This document shows, one piece after another, positions 9,725 to 17,607 of a DNA stretch of 64,000 nucleotides; position 1 is the stretch's first letter, and each line of letters begins with the position of its first letter. Below the pieces are notes generated by a model, which was not told where the DNA came from, searched no databases, and worked only from the letters and a program-made list of their open reading frames with translations. Origin of the DNA: Bacteroidales bacterium. GTDB lineage: Bacteria; Bacteroidota; Bacteroidia; Bacteroidales; UBA932. Both the position numbers and the translations under genes were made by a program. The DNA is taken from assembly GCA_045617865.1 (NCBI GenBank), contig JAZLJK010000044.1, forward strand, positions 651 to 64,650, written 5' to 3'.

Positions 9725-10478
9725 CGCGCAGGAGACCGCAAGGATTGCAGGAAGCCTGTTCGACCACGGTGAATGGGCTCTCGCGGCAGCATACTATGAA
9801 AAGCTGGCGTATGAAGATGCCACGCAGGCACCGGATGCGCTTGAGAAAAAGGCGCGCTGCTACATCAACCTCAACTCCTTCAGCGAGGCGGCATCCACTC
9901 TGGAACGCATCCCCATGCGCAGCATATCTGCAGAAGAGAGGTGCGGCCTGCTTCATGAGAAGGCCCTTGCCAACCATCTGGCAGGGAACAGCGAAAGTGC
10001 CGCCACATATCTTGACGAAGCATTTGCGATTGACTCGCTGTCTGGCAACATGCTCCTCGCTTCGCTCATATACAACGAATGTTTCCGCTTCGATGACGGA
10101 CTCCGCTGTGTCCGCCGCCACCTCCGCAGCACAGGAGCCGATGCCAGAACATACCGTGACGTGGTCAATCTCTACGAAAAGGCCCCGCGCCGGCACAATG
10201 AAAACACCGCACTGGTTCTCTCCATCATCCCCGGGCTGGGGCACTTCTATTCCGGGGCATGGGAGGAAGGAGCGCTGAGCCTTGCCCTGAACGGAATAGT
10301 CATAACTTTCGGAGTCACCCAGGCGGCGGGTAAAATGTTTGTCACCGCACTTCTCGGCGCCGGAATCCCGCTCACATATACCTATATGGGCGGCAACAGC
10401 CGCGCTGTGGAGCTGGTTGATGAGCGCAACACTGCAAAAATCTCTGAATTCAACCTCAAACTGATTTCTCTTTTGTAG
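9660..10478 (+). CDS. exported TPR-like protein with C-terminal PGLG membrane hairpin (paralog of 8534 ORF)
   Basis: ATG at 9660 with signal MKLRTRLLCIISTFLCALFSASAQE. C-terminus IIPGLGHFYSGAWEEGALSLALNGIVITFG. It overlaps the upstream gene by 65 nt in a different frame. Confidence 0.65.
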   Translation: MKLRTRLLCIISTFLCALFSASAQETARIAGSLFDHGEWALAAAYYEKLAYEDATQAPDALEKKARCYINLNSFSEAASTLERIPMRSISAEERCGLLHEKALANHLAGNSESAATYLDEAFAIDSLSGNMLLASLIYNECFRFDDGLRCVRRHLRSTGADARTYRDVVNLYEKAPRRHNENTALVLSIIPGLGHFYSGAWEEGALSLALNGIVITFGVTQAAGKMFVTALLGAGIPLTYTYMGGNSRAVELVDERNTAKISEFNLKLISLL

Positions 10479-10490
10479 ATTTGCGCCCAG

Positions 10491-11345
10491 ATGAAACATT
10501 TGCGCACAATCATATCATTTGCGGCTGCAATCTGCCTCCCGCTGCTTCTGGCCGCACAGGGGCATCCAGTCACGCATGATTTCCTGATGGGGCGCACACA
10601 TTATGAAGAAGACACCTGCTTTGTACCCATAAGCCGCGCATACACCCGCCTTGCGTATGAATACTCATTCATACAGAAAGAGACCTACGCGGCATATCTC
10701 AAAATGCGTCAGGCTGCGCAGACCGACGGAATCACCCTTAATGTTACGTCGGCATCGAGAAACTTCTGGGTGCAGAAATTCATCTGGGAGCAGCGCTGGC
10801 AAAGGAACAGAGACCTGACAGGTCCGGAACGCGTGAGGAAAAGCCTGCAGTACATCTCGATGCCTGGCACATCACGCCATCACTGGGGCACCGACATGGA
10901 TTTCTGCAGCAAAGAGCTGGCCTTCTGGCAGAGCGAGACCGGGCGGCGCACATACAGCTGGCTGAAGAAGAATGCCGGCCGTTTCGGTTTCTTTCAGCCA
11001 TATACATCAAAAGCCGGCGGCCGCACCGGTTATGAAGAAGAGAAGTGGCACTGGAGCTACGCTCCGCTGGCAGACATCTACACTGAAGCCTACCGCACAA
11101 TGATATCTCCCAACGAGATCAGCGGATTTGCAGGAGCGCACGAAACCGCTGACATAGACATCATTGGTCTGTATGTGTGCGGAATAGAGAACGAAGATTA
11201 TATCCCTCCTGTTCCGGAGGTGAGCGACAAAGGGTTGTTCAAAGCCCTGCCCCTATTTCAGGAAAACAAAGAAGACAGCAAGCACCAGGCAGCCGAAAGC
11301 TGCTATGTGATTCCACTGAATGGGCTGGTTCTTGAAGACAAGTGA
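10491..11345 (+). CDS. M15-family D-Ala-D-Ala carboxypeptidase-like metallopeptidase (VanY-like)
   Basis: Signal peptide. The motifs SASRNFWVQ, SMPGTSRHHWGTDMDF and EEEKWHWSY match the H-x-D / H zinc-ligand pattern of M15B peptidases. Confidence 0.7.
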   Translation: MKHLRTIISFAAAICLPLLLAAQGHPVTHDFLMGRTHYEEDTCFVPISRAYTRLAYEYSFIQKETYAAYLKMRQAAQTDGITLNVTSASRNFWVQKFIWEQRWQRNRDLTGPERVRKSLQYISMPGTSRHHWGTDMDFCSKELAFWQSETGRRTYSWLKKNAGRFGFFQPYTSKAGGRTGYEEEKWHWSYAPLADIYTEAYRTMISPNEISGFAGAHETADIDIIGLYVCGIENEDYIPPVPEVSDKGLFKALPLFQENKEDSKHQAAESCYVIPLNGLVLEDK

Positions 11346-11624
11346 CACAATCACAGTGAACACCGTGAGAGAAATCACCTCCTGAATCACCTTGAGCTGC
11401 ATCAGGTTGAACGGGCCGCCGTTGATGGTGGAGCCTATGCGGTTCGCGGGAATCATGAAGGAGTACTCGAACAGGGCGACTCCCCATGACATGAGGATGA
11501 TGACCACCAGTGGCCAGTCTTTCGCCGCGGGCACAATCTCGGGAAGCTTGAGCTGACCGTACCAAGCGAAAGTCATGAATACGTTGGATACACAAAGAAG
11601 AAGGATTGTCCAGATTGCCTGCAT
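11253..11624 (-). CDS. DMT-superfamily small membrane protein (DUF486-like)
   Basis: 123 aa with 4 TM helices. The N-terminus MQAIWTILLLCVSNVFMTFAWYGQLK is typical of the DUF486/DMT family. Confidence 0.7.
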   Translation of the reverse strand: MQAIWTILLLCVSNVFMTFAWYGQLKLPEIVPAAKDWPLVVIILMSWGVALFEYSFMIPANRIGSTINGGPFNLMQLKVIQEVISLTVFTVIVSLVFKNQPIQWNHIAAFGCLVLAVFFVFLK

Positions 11625-11656
11625 TGTCTGATTTGTTTTTGCGGCGGCAAAGATAT

Positions 11657-11683
11657 AAAAAAATAGCGCCTCGCGGCGCTATT
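11657..11683 (-). terminator. rho-independent terminator after the repeat-protein gene
   Basis: Minus-sense AATAGCGCC-GCGA-GGCGCTATT (9-bp stem) followed by a T7 run. Confidence 0.75.
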
Positions 11684-11700
11684 CATTTATTAGAATATTT

Positions 11701-12993
11701 TTACAAGTTGCTTACAACTTCAAAGTAGATGTTTCCGTCAACGACTGCACTCTTGAACAGGATGTTGTCTACCTTATAGTAAGTCTCGCCCCCCACAACA
11801 ATCTCTTCGTAATCTTCAGGTATCTCAGTTACCAGTGCACCGATGGGAGCTTCGATCACTACATATTCGTTACCGTCAAGGATGTAGAAGACACCGTCGT
11901 TGTAGTAGTAGTTCACGTTGTCTGCAGCGTAGCTCATCTCATTTGCGTTCCTGACAACGTATGAAGTGTTGACTGCGGCGTATGCTCTTGCAAGTTCTGC
12001 GGCCCTCTCGGCTCTTCTGATATCGTTAATCACAGTGTTGACCCAGATGCGTGCAAGGGTGAAGTTGAACATTGCAACTGCTATGCGTTCACCGAAGGGA
12101 GGTCTCACGATGATGTAGTCTCCGCGGTAGCGGCGGTACCAGATGCCTCCGTAGTTATAGTACTTATGGCCTCTGTAGCGAACCACGCGTGCTCCGAAAG
12201 GAATTTCGTGGATGCGGTAGCCGTAGTTGTGATGGCCGATGTGATAAGGTGCGATCATGGGACGGTCATTCACGTAAGGATGATGCCAGTGTCCCATGTC
12301 GGCACGGGGTGCCACGTGGCTGTTCATGTGCACTGCGTTGTTGCTGACATGCATTTCAGCCTTGCCGCTGTTTGAGATGTGCATCTCGTTGCGTGCCGCA
12401 TTCGCGCTGCGGTTTACGTTCACATTGCGGCTTACTGAAGCAGAGCCTGCCGCGCGTACAGCCGAACTGCTGTTTGAAGCAGCCTTGACGTTGGCAGAGC
12501 TGCTGCGCACTGCGCTGGCGCTGCGGCTTACGTTTGCACTGCGGTTCACTGATGCTGATGAACTGCCGGCACTTGAAGAAGTGCTGCGGCTCACGTTTGC
12601 ACTGCGGCTTGCTGATGCAGCGCTTGATGAGCGTACTGCCGAGCTATTGCCGGAAGCTGCCTTAACACTTGCAGAGCTGTTGCGCGATGCGTTTACGCTG
12701 CCTGCGTTTGCAGAGCTGTTGCGCACTGCGCTGGCACTGCGGCTTACGTTTGCACTGCGGTTCACTGATGCTGATGAACTGCCGGCACTTGAAGAAGTGC
12801 TGCGGCTCACGGCTGCAGTGCCGCGGGAATTGTTTGCAGCAGAGCGAGAGACACTGCCGGCATTGCTGCGGACAGTTTCAGTAGCGTGGTTTGAAGAATT
12901 TGAAACTCTTCTTTGTCCCCATGCCTCGTTGCCAAGGGTTGCAAACATCACTAAGATGCTGAGGACAAATGCAAATCTTACAGTTCTTTTCAT
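11701..12993 (-). CDS. exported protein with ~180-aa Ser/Ala/Asn/Arg low-complexity repeat region and Tyr/His-rich C-terminal domain (DUF6515-like)
   Basis: The ATG at 12993 gives the signal MKRTVRFAFVLSILVMFATLGNEAWG. The repeats are of the form SRSANVSRSTSSSAGSSSASVNRSANVSRSASAVR. The C-terminus carries YYYNDGVFYILDGNEYVVIEAP and YYKVDNILFK. Confidence 0.7.
   Translation of the reverse strand: MKRTVRFAFVLSILVMFATLGNEAWGQRRVSNSSNHATETVRSNAGSVSRSAANNSRGTAAVSRSTSSSAGSSSASVNRSANVSRSASAVRNSSANAGSVNASRNSSASVKAASGNSSAVRSSSAASASRSANVSRSTSSSAGSSSASVNRSANVSRSASAVRSSSANVKAASNSSSAVRAAGSASVSRNVNVNRSANAARNEMHISNSGKAEMHVSNNAVHMNSHVAPRADMGHWHHPYVNDRPMIAPYHIGHHNYGYRIHEIPFGARVVRYRGHKYYNYGGIWYRRYRGDYIIVRPPFGERIAVAMFNFTLARIWVNTVINDIRRAERAAELARAYAAVNTSYVVRNANEMSYAADNVNYYYNDGVFYILDGNEYVVIEAPIGALVTEIPEDYEEIVVGGETYYKVDNILFKSAVVDGNIYFEVVSNL
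12494..12811. repeat. two 102-bp near-identical direct repeats (12494-12595 and 12710-12811, period 216 bp) inside the repeat-protein CDS
   Basis: Read directly: GCAGAGCTG[C/T]TGCGCACTGCGCTGGC[G/A]CTGCGGCTTACGTTTGCACTGCGGTTCACTGATGCTGATGAACTGCCGGCACTTGAAGAAGTGCTGCGGCTCACG occurs twice with 2 mismatches. Confidence 0.9.
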
Positions 12994-13137
12994 GATCTTA
13001 GTGTTTTTGTAATTGTTAGTAATACGTACAGCGTATGTATTTAGCAACAGGTGTGCCAAAAATAAAGAGTGCGGTTAGCAAATAGTTTTATACCTTTGTA
13101 GATTATCACACGATTATAACCATAAAACAACTATACT

Positions 13138-14001
13138 ATGCAACTTGAAGGAAGAAGACAAAGCAGCAACGTTGAAGACCGCAGAGGCTCTTCAGCAGGT
13201 AAAATCGGCGGAGGCATCGGACTCGGAGGCGCCATCATCGTAGGACTCATCCTGCTTCTCACAGGACAGGATCCGACACAGGTGCTGAGCTACATCAATG
13301 AAGGTGACATAACATCCGGTCAGACCACCGAATATATCGAAAGTGCGGAAGACAAGGAGCTTTATGAATTCGCATCAGTGATCCTTGCCGGCACGGAGGA
13401 TGTATGGAGCGCGATTTTCAAGCAGAACAACCTTGAATATATTCCACCGAAACTTGTGATTTTCGACGGTGCCGTCCAGTCAGGCTGCGGCGGAGCCACT
13501 GCACAGTCAGGTCCCTTCTACTGCAGTGCAGACCAGTGTGTATATCTTGACCTCTCATTCTTCAAGGATATGCAGAGACAGCTCGGGACAAGCGGCGACT
13601 TTGCGTGGGCATACGTCATCGCACACGAAGTGGGTCACCATGTGCAGTATCTTCTCGGCACTCTCAACCAGGTGAACCAGAAAAGAGCAAGGGCATCCGA
13701 GAAAGAAGCCAACAAGCTCAGCGTGCGTCTGGAGCTCCAGGCAGACTTCTACGCAGGAATCTGGGCATACTACGACAACAAGAACTACCGCTCGCTTGAG
13801 ACTGGTGACATCGAGGAAGGTCTGAACGCCGCCACCGCAATCGGTGACGACCGTCTGCAGAAACAGGCATACGGCCGCACTGTTCCAGATTCATTCACAC
13901 ACGGAACAAGTGCCCAGCGCACAAAGTGGCTCAAGAAAGGTCTTACCACAGGTAATCCTGCACTTGGCGACACATTCTCACCCAACTATAACGACCTGTA
14001 G
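13138..14001 (+). CDS. ypfJ: neutral zinc metallopeptidase, YpfJ family
   Basis: The N-terminus MQLEGRRQSSNVEDRRG is the hallmark YpfJ start. There is a Gly-rich TM segment and an HExxH motif (IAHEVGHHVQ). Confidence 0.85.
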   Translation: MQLEGRRQSSNVEDRRGSSAGKIGGGIGLGGAIIVGLILLLTGQDPTQVLSYINEGDITSGQTTEYIESAEDKELYEFASVILAGTEDVWSAIFKQNNLEYIPPKLVIFDGAVQSGCGGATAQSGPFYCSADQCVYLDLSFFKDMQRQLGTSGDFAWAYVIAHEVGHHVQYLLGTLNQVNQKRARASEKEANKLSVRLELQADFYAGIWAYYDNKNYRSLETGDIEEGLNAATAIGDDRLQKQAYGRTVPDSFTHGTSAQRTKWLKKGLTTGNPALGDTFSPNYNDL

Positions 14002-14003
14002 GC

Positions 14004-15392
14004 ATGAGGCGCACACTTCCGCTGGTATGTGCCGCGCTGCTGCTGTCCGGGTGTACCGGATACAGCCAGCTTGATGTTGACAACCTTCAGCACAGGCTTG
14101 ACAGTCTTTCCGCCGAGGTTGACAGAGCCACAGAGATATTTGACAATCTTGAGATAGACCAGCCACACCAGGAGCCGGGCGAAAGGCCGGCTCTGGAAAT
14201 CATCGCCAACGGTTTCAGCTATGAAAATTCATCCGTAGATAACTACAGGAAGCTCGCAGAAGCCGGGTTCACTGTTGTAAGCCAGTACATGGGGCACAGT
14301 GTGGAGCTGAACCGCACGGCAATGGATGCCGCCGACAAGGCCGGCATGAAGGTCATGATATCACTTCACGATTTCGTGTATGGCTACTGGGTAGACCATC
14401 TGAGTGCCAGCTTCGAACAGGTGAAGACATACATCGACGGGGTGAAGGACCATCCTGCGCTCTGGGGATATTCGTTTGCCGACGAACCCAAGGTGCTGCA
14501 CCAGATAGAAGGCATCAGGGCGGTCAAGGACTATATGCTGCAGCTTGACACCGACCATGTCTATTTCTGCAACATTGCGGGGTGCAACGCTTCTCTCCCC
14601 TTCTTCACCTACGGTATCAGCCAGGACGACATGGATTTCTACTACAACCAGTACGTGCAGAAGTTCGGAGCGAACTACATCAACAACTACCAGGACTATC
14701 TGGACCACTATATGAACACCACACAGTGGGACTTCATCTGCTTCGACAGTTACCCGCTGGATCTGGCCGCTCCGAAAGTTGAGACCAAATTCTACGAGTC
14801 GCTGGAATATGTATCCGACGAGGCGGAGAAGTTTGGAGTGCCGATGTGGGCGTATCTTGCATCGGGTGTCTGGAACAGTGTGATGCCCGCTCCCACCGAG
14901 GAAGGAATCAAGTACCAGATGTACACATGCCTTGCATACGGTGCTCAGACAATCTGCTATTACGCGTATGAGGGCAATGAGCAGAACCCTCTTACTCCAG
15001 ACGGAAGATATACAGAGGTATATGACCATGTGAAAGCCACAAACCTGGAGGCGAACAAACGTGCTTTCATCTTTACAGGCGGAAAAGTGGAGGGAGTCTG
15101 GCACACTGCAGATGTCCCAAACCGAGCCAGAAGATTCAGCAATTCAGTTCTTCCCGAGGAAGTCGGTTCGCTCGAGGCAGAGAAGGCCGCGCTGGTGTCT
15201 GTCATAAGCAACAACGGTCACCGGTATCTCGTGGTGGTGGGCAGAACCCCGTATGAAGACAATATCGTGACCATCGATTTTTCAGAGATGGTGTCTCATA
15301 TTGACAAAGAAGGCAGTTTTGCATACGTGTTGCCCGGAAGCTACAGGTATCTGCTTAAGAAGGGCGAAGCATTGACATTCCAGATCAATTAG
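14004..15392 (+). CDS. lipoprotein with glycosidase-like domain, paralog of the C-terminal part of the 2812 ORF
   Basis: Lipobox ALLLSGC. A short coil (DNLQHRLDSLSAEVDRATEIFDNLE) is followed by KDHPALWGYSFADEPK, CFDSYPL, AYGAQTICYYAY and NNGHRYLVVVG, which align with the 2812 ORF. Confidence 0.8.
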   Translation: MRRTLPLVCAALLLSGCTGYSQLDVDNLQHRLDSLSAEVDRATEIFDNLEIDQPHQEPGERPALEIIANGFSYENSSVDNYRKLAEAGFTVVSQYMGHSVELNRTAMDAADKAGMKVMISLHDFVYGYWVDHLSASFEQVKTYIDGVKDHPALWGYSFADEPKVLHQIEGIRAVKDYMLQLDTDHVYFCNIAGCNASLPFFTYGISQDDMDFYYNQYVQKFGANYINNYQDYLDHYMNTTQWDFICFDSYPLDLAAPKVETKFYESLEYVSDEAEKFGVPMWAYLASGVWNSVMPAPTEEGIKYQMYTCLAYGAQTICYYAYEGNEQNPLTPDGRYTEVYDHVKATNLEANKRAFIFTGGKVEGVWHTADVPNRARRFSNSVLPEEVGSLEAEKAALVSVISNNGHRYLVVVGRTPYEDNIVTIDFSEMVSHIDKEGSFAYVLPGSYRYLLKKGEALTFQIN

Positions 15393-15401
15393 TACAGGAC
15401 G

Positions 15402-17156
15402 ATGAGAAAGACTTACACATTATTGGTCATGATATGTGCAGCCTTGCTTGCTGCCTGCACCGACTACACTGAGATTCTTACAGATATCGAAGAGAAGATC
15501 GACGACATTGAAGAGACTGAGTCAGGGTTGTTTGTGTCACTTGACGGACTTCAGGCTGTCATTGATGCAGTCTCTGACGGGGACGTGCTCACCGATTTCA
15601 CACCTGTATCCGATGGATCGAGGATAACAGAATATTCTTTCACTTTCGTGAATGCCGGCAACATTGTGATCGAGAACAGGCGGGCACGCGATGGAGGAAA
15701 GATTATCCGCAGCATTGAACAGGACAGAGGGAAGATAGTAATCACCCTTTTCAACGGCAGGCTTCTCATATTCGATGTTCCAGCCATCCACACTCCCGAC
15801 GGGATTCCTGAAGCTGAAGAGCCGGACTATACCTTCGAGGTTACGGAAGAGTGTCCGATAATGGATTACAAGGGTGGAACTGCCACGATAAAACTCACCA
15901 CTGACATTGAATATGAAGTGGACTGGGACCCGGCCGCCGACTGGCTTGAAATAGTTGAGTCAAAGGCTGTTCACGAAGATGCCGTGACATTCACGGTGAG
16001 TGAGAACACATCATTCAACCCCCGTTCCGCTTATGTATCATTCGAATCGGGAGAATATACCGTAAGGACATATATCAGGCAGGAAGGACGCGCCGCCACT
16101 GATGCAGACAAGTTCAATCTCAGCATAAACGGCACTTCGAACTGCTACATCGTGACTTCTGCCGGCGACTGGTGCTTCGAAGGAGATGTGATGGGATGCG
16201 GGCAGAGCGGCATATATGAAGGCAATGACAGCGGATTCCACACTCATGAAGCATATCTGGAACCCAAAGAGGCTGAAATCGTATGGTGCCAGAACGATGT
16301 CATAAGCGACGTGAGGTATGAAGACGGTCTGGTCCATTTCCATGCATCAGGCAACAAAGGCAATGCGCTTGTGGCAGTCCTTTCCAGAGGAACCATCATC
16401 TGGAGCTGGCACATCTGGTGTACCGACGCTCCCGCAGAGGTGGATCTTACAGACAGCTGCGGCAGGACATTCACCGTTCTTGACCGCAATCTGGGTGCGG
16501 TGACAGCGGAAGGCGGCAAGGATGCATACGGTCTGTATTACCAGTGGGGCAGAAAAGACCCGTTCGACCCTGCGGTAGTGGTGAAAAGAATGTATGTAAG
16601 TTCAACTCTCAAGAACACGTTCAAATACCCCGACCGTGCATTCTCCGCCACAAATTCAGACTGGTGCTCGATTCCGGGCAACAATTATCTGTGGGGCAAC
16701 CCGCACGCCGAATATATTGCAGAGCCCGAATCACTCAAAAAAACCATCTATGACCCCTGCCCTGCCGGCTATATGGTCCCCTGCACAGACGTATTCTGTG
16801 ACATCACAGCCGACATGGTTGATTTCTCATCTGCAACAGAATGCCTGATAAAGGCAGACGGAGGAAAGCACATCCGCATGCCCTATGCGGGACGCGTCTC
16901 GTTCAACTGCTACGACTACAGCATCGAGAGTGCGCCTGTGACAAACTCTGACGGTACGGTTGACGACGGCCTCTGGGCCACCGTATGGACTTCGCACAGC
17001 GACTGGTTCGCCCCCACCAATCAGATCACATCTGGAAGGGCTTTCAGATTGGGCAAGGAGTGTAACGACACCAGACTCGACGGCCCCGCCTTCTATTCCG
17101 AAGACCGCGCCCGCTGCCTGCCCGTAAGATGCGTCAAGTGCTTCTGCGGACAATAG
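15402..17156 (+). CDS. lipoprotein: coiled-coil N-module, BACON-like domain, FISUMP-like domain; paralog of the 4931 ORF
   Basis: Lipobox AALLAAC. Motifs: GLQAVIDAVSDGD, BACON-like GGTATIKLTTDIEYEVDW..RSAYVSF, CYIVTSAGDW, WSWHIWC, YYQWGRKDPF and IYDPCPAGYMVP. Confidence 0.8.
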   Translation: MRKTYTLLVMICAALLAACTDYTEILTDIEEKIDDIEETESGLFVSLDGLQAVIDAVSDGDVLTDFTPVSDGSRITEYSFTFVNAGNIVIENRRARDGGKIIRSIEQDRGKIVITLFNGRLLIFDVPAIHTPDGIPEAEEPDYTFEVTEECPIMDYKGGTATIKLTTDIEYEVDWDPAADWLEIVESKAVHEDAVTFTVSENTSFNPRSAYVSFESGEYTVRTYIRQEGRAATDADKFNLSINGTSNCYIVTSAGDWCFEGDVMGCGQSGIYEGNDSGFHTHEAYLEPKEAEIVWCQNDVISDVRYEDGLVHFHASGNKGNALVAVLSRGTIIWSWHIWCTDAPAEVDLTDSCGRTFTVLDRNLGAVTAEGGKDAYGLYYQWGRKDPFDPAVVVKRMYVSSTLKNTFKYPDRAFSATNSDWCSIPGNNYLWGNPHAEYIAEPESLKKTIYDPCPAGYMVPCTDVFCDITADMVDFSSATECLIKADGGKHIRMPYAGRVSFNCYDYSIESAPVTNSDGTVDDGLWATVWTSHSDWFAPTNQITSGRAFRLGKECNDTRLDGPAFYSEDRARCLPVRCVKCFCGQ

Positions 17157-17170
17157 CCGGTATCATTGCC

Positions 17171-17214
17171 AAACAATAAGGTCGGTCTCCTGACGGGGAC
17201 CGACCTTATTGTTT
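17171..17214. terminator. bidirectional hairpin terminator between convergent genes
   Basis: Perfect 17-bp inverted repeat: AAACAATAAGGTCGGTC (17171-17187) and GACCGACCTTATTGTTT (17198-17214), with a 10-nt loop. Confidence 0.8.
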
Positions 17215-17236
17215 CAGTCTTCTGATCTCTGAAAGA

Positions 17237-17569
17237 CTACTCTGTAAGGTCAACAACTGCTGCCTCGGGAGCATTCTTCTTGACAGAAGCGATACCGTTC
17301 TCCATAGTCTTTACAGAAGCATACATTTGGCTTGCACCGATCACCTGGCCGTTAGAAGCCTTGAGGTTGAAGTAAGGTTTGCCGTTCTTTGCCTCTTTGC
17401 GCTCGAATCTTGCGTCTTCAAGGCAGTTTTTCTTTACTGACTCAACACCGTTGAGGCATGCTGCTTTTGTTTTGTATCCCTCGCTTGTGAGGATTACCTG
17501 GCCGTTAGTGGCTTTAAGGTTGAACTGAACTTCGCCGTTTTTGCGGAGTGTGATTTCAAATTTACCCAT
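17237..17569 (-). CDS. yegP: YegP-family (tandem DUF1508) protein
   Basis: Start at ATG 17569 (MGKFEITLRKNGEVQFNLKATNGQVILTSEGY). A second repeat reads KPYFNLKASNGQVIGASQMY. Confidence 0.8.
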   Translation of the reverse strand: MGKFEITLRKNGEVQFNLKATNGQVILTSEGYKTKAACLNGVESVKKNCLEDARFERKEAKNGKPYFNLKASNGQVIGASQMYASVKTMENGIASVKKNAPEAAVVDLTE

Positions 17570-17607
17570 AATTGTATTTTTTAGAATTTTAAGTTGAATG
17601 AACAAAG

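Noticed and set aside
9681-10499. 272-aa minus-strand ORF exactly mirroring the 272-aa plus-strand ORF 9660-10478.
   Set aside because: The plus-strand product has a signal peptide and is a paralog of the upstream gene (PGLG hairpin). The antisense product is Arg/Cys/Gly-rich with no features. It is a typical shadow ORF.
12494-12811. Direct repeats, checked as a possible CRISPR array or mobile-element ends.
   Set aside because: There are only two copies. They are in-frame inside a long ORF and encode the protein's Ser-rich repeats. No spacers or cas genes are present.
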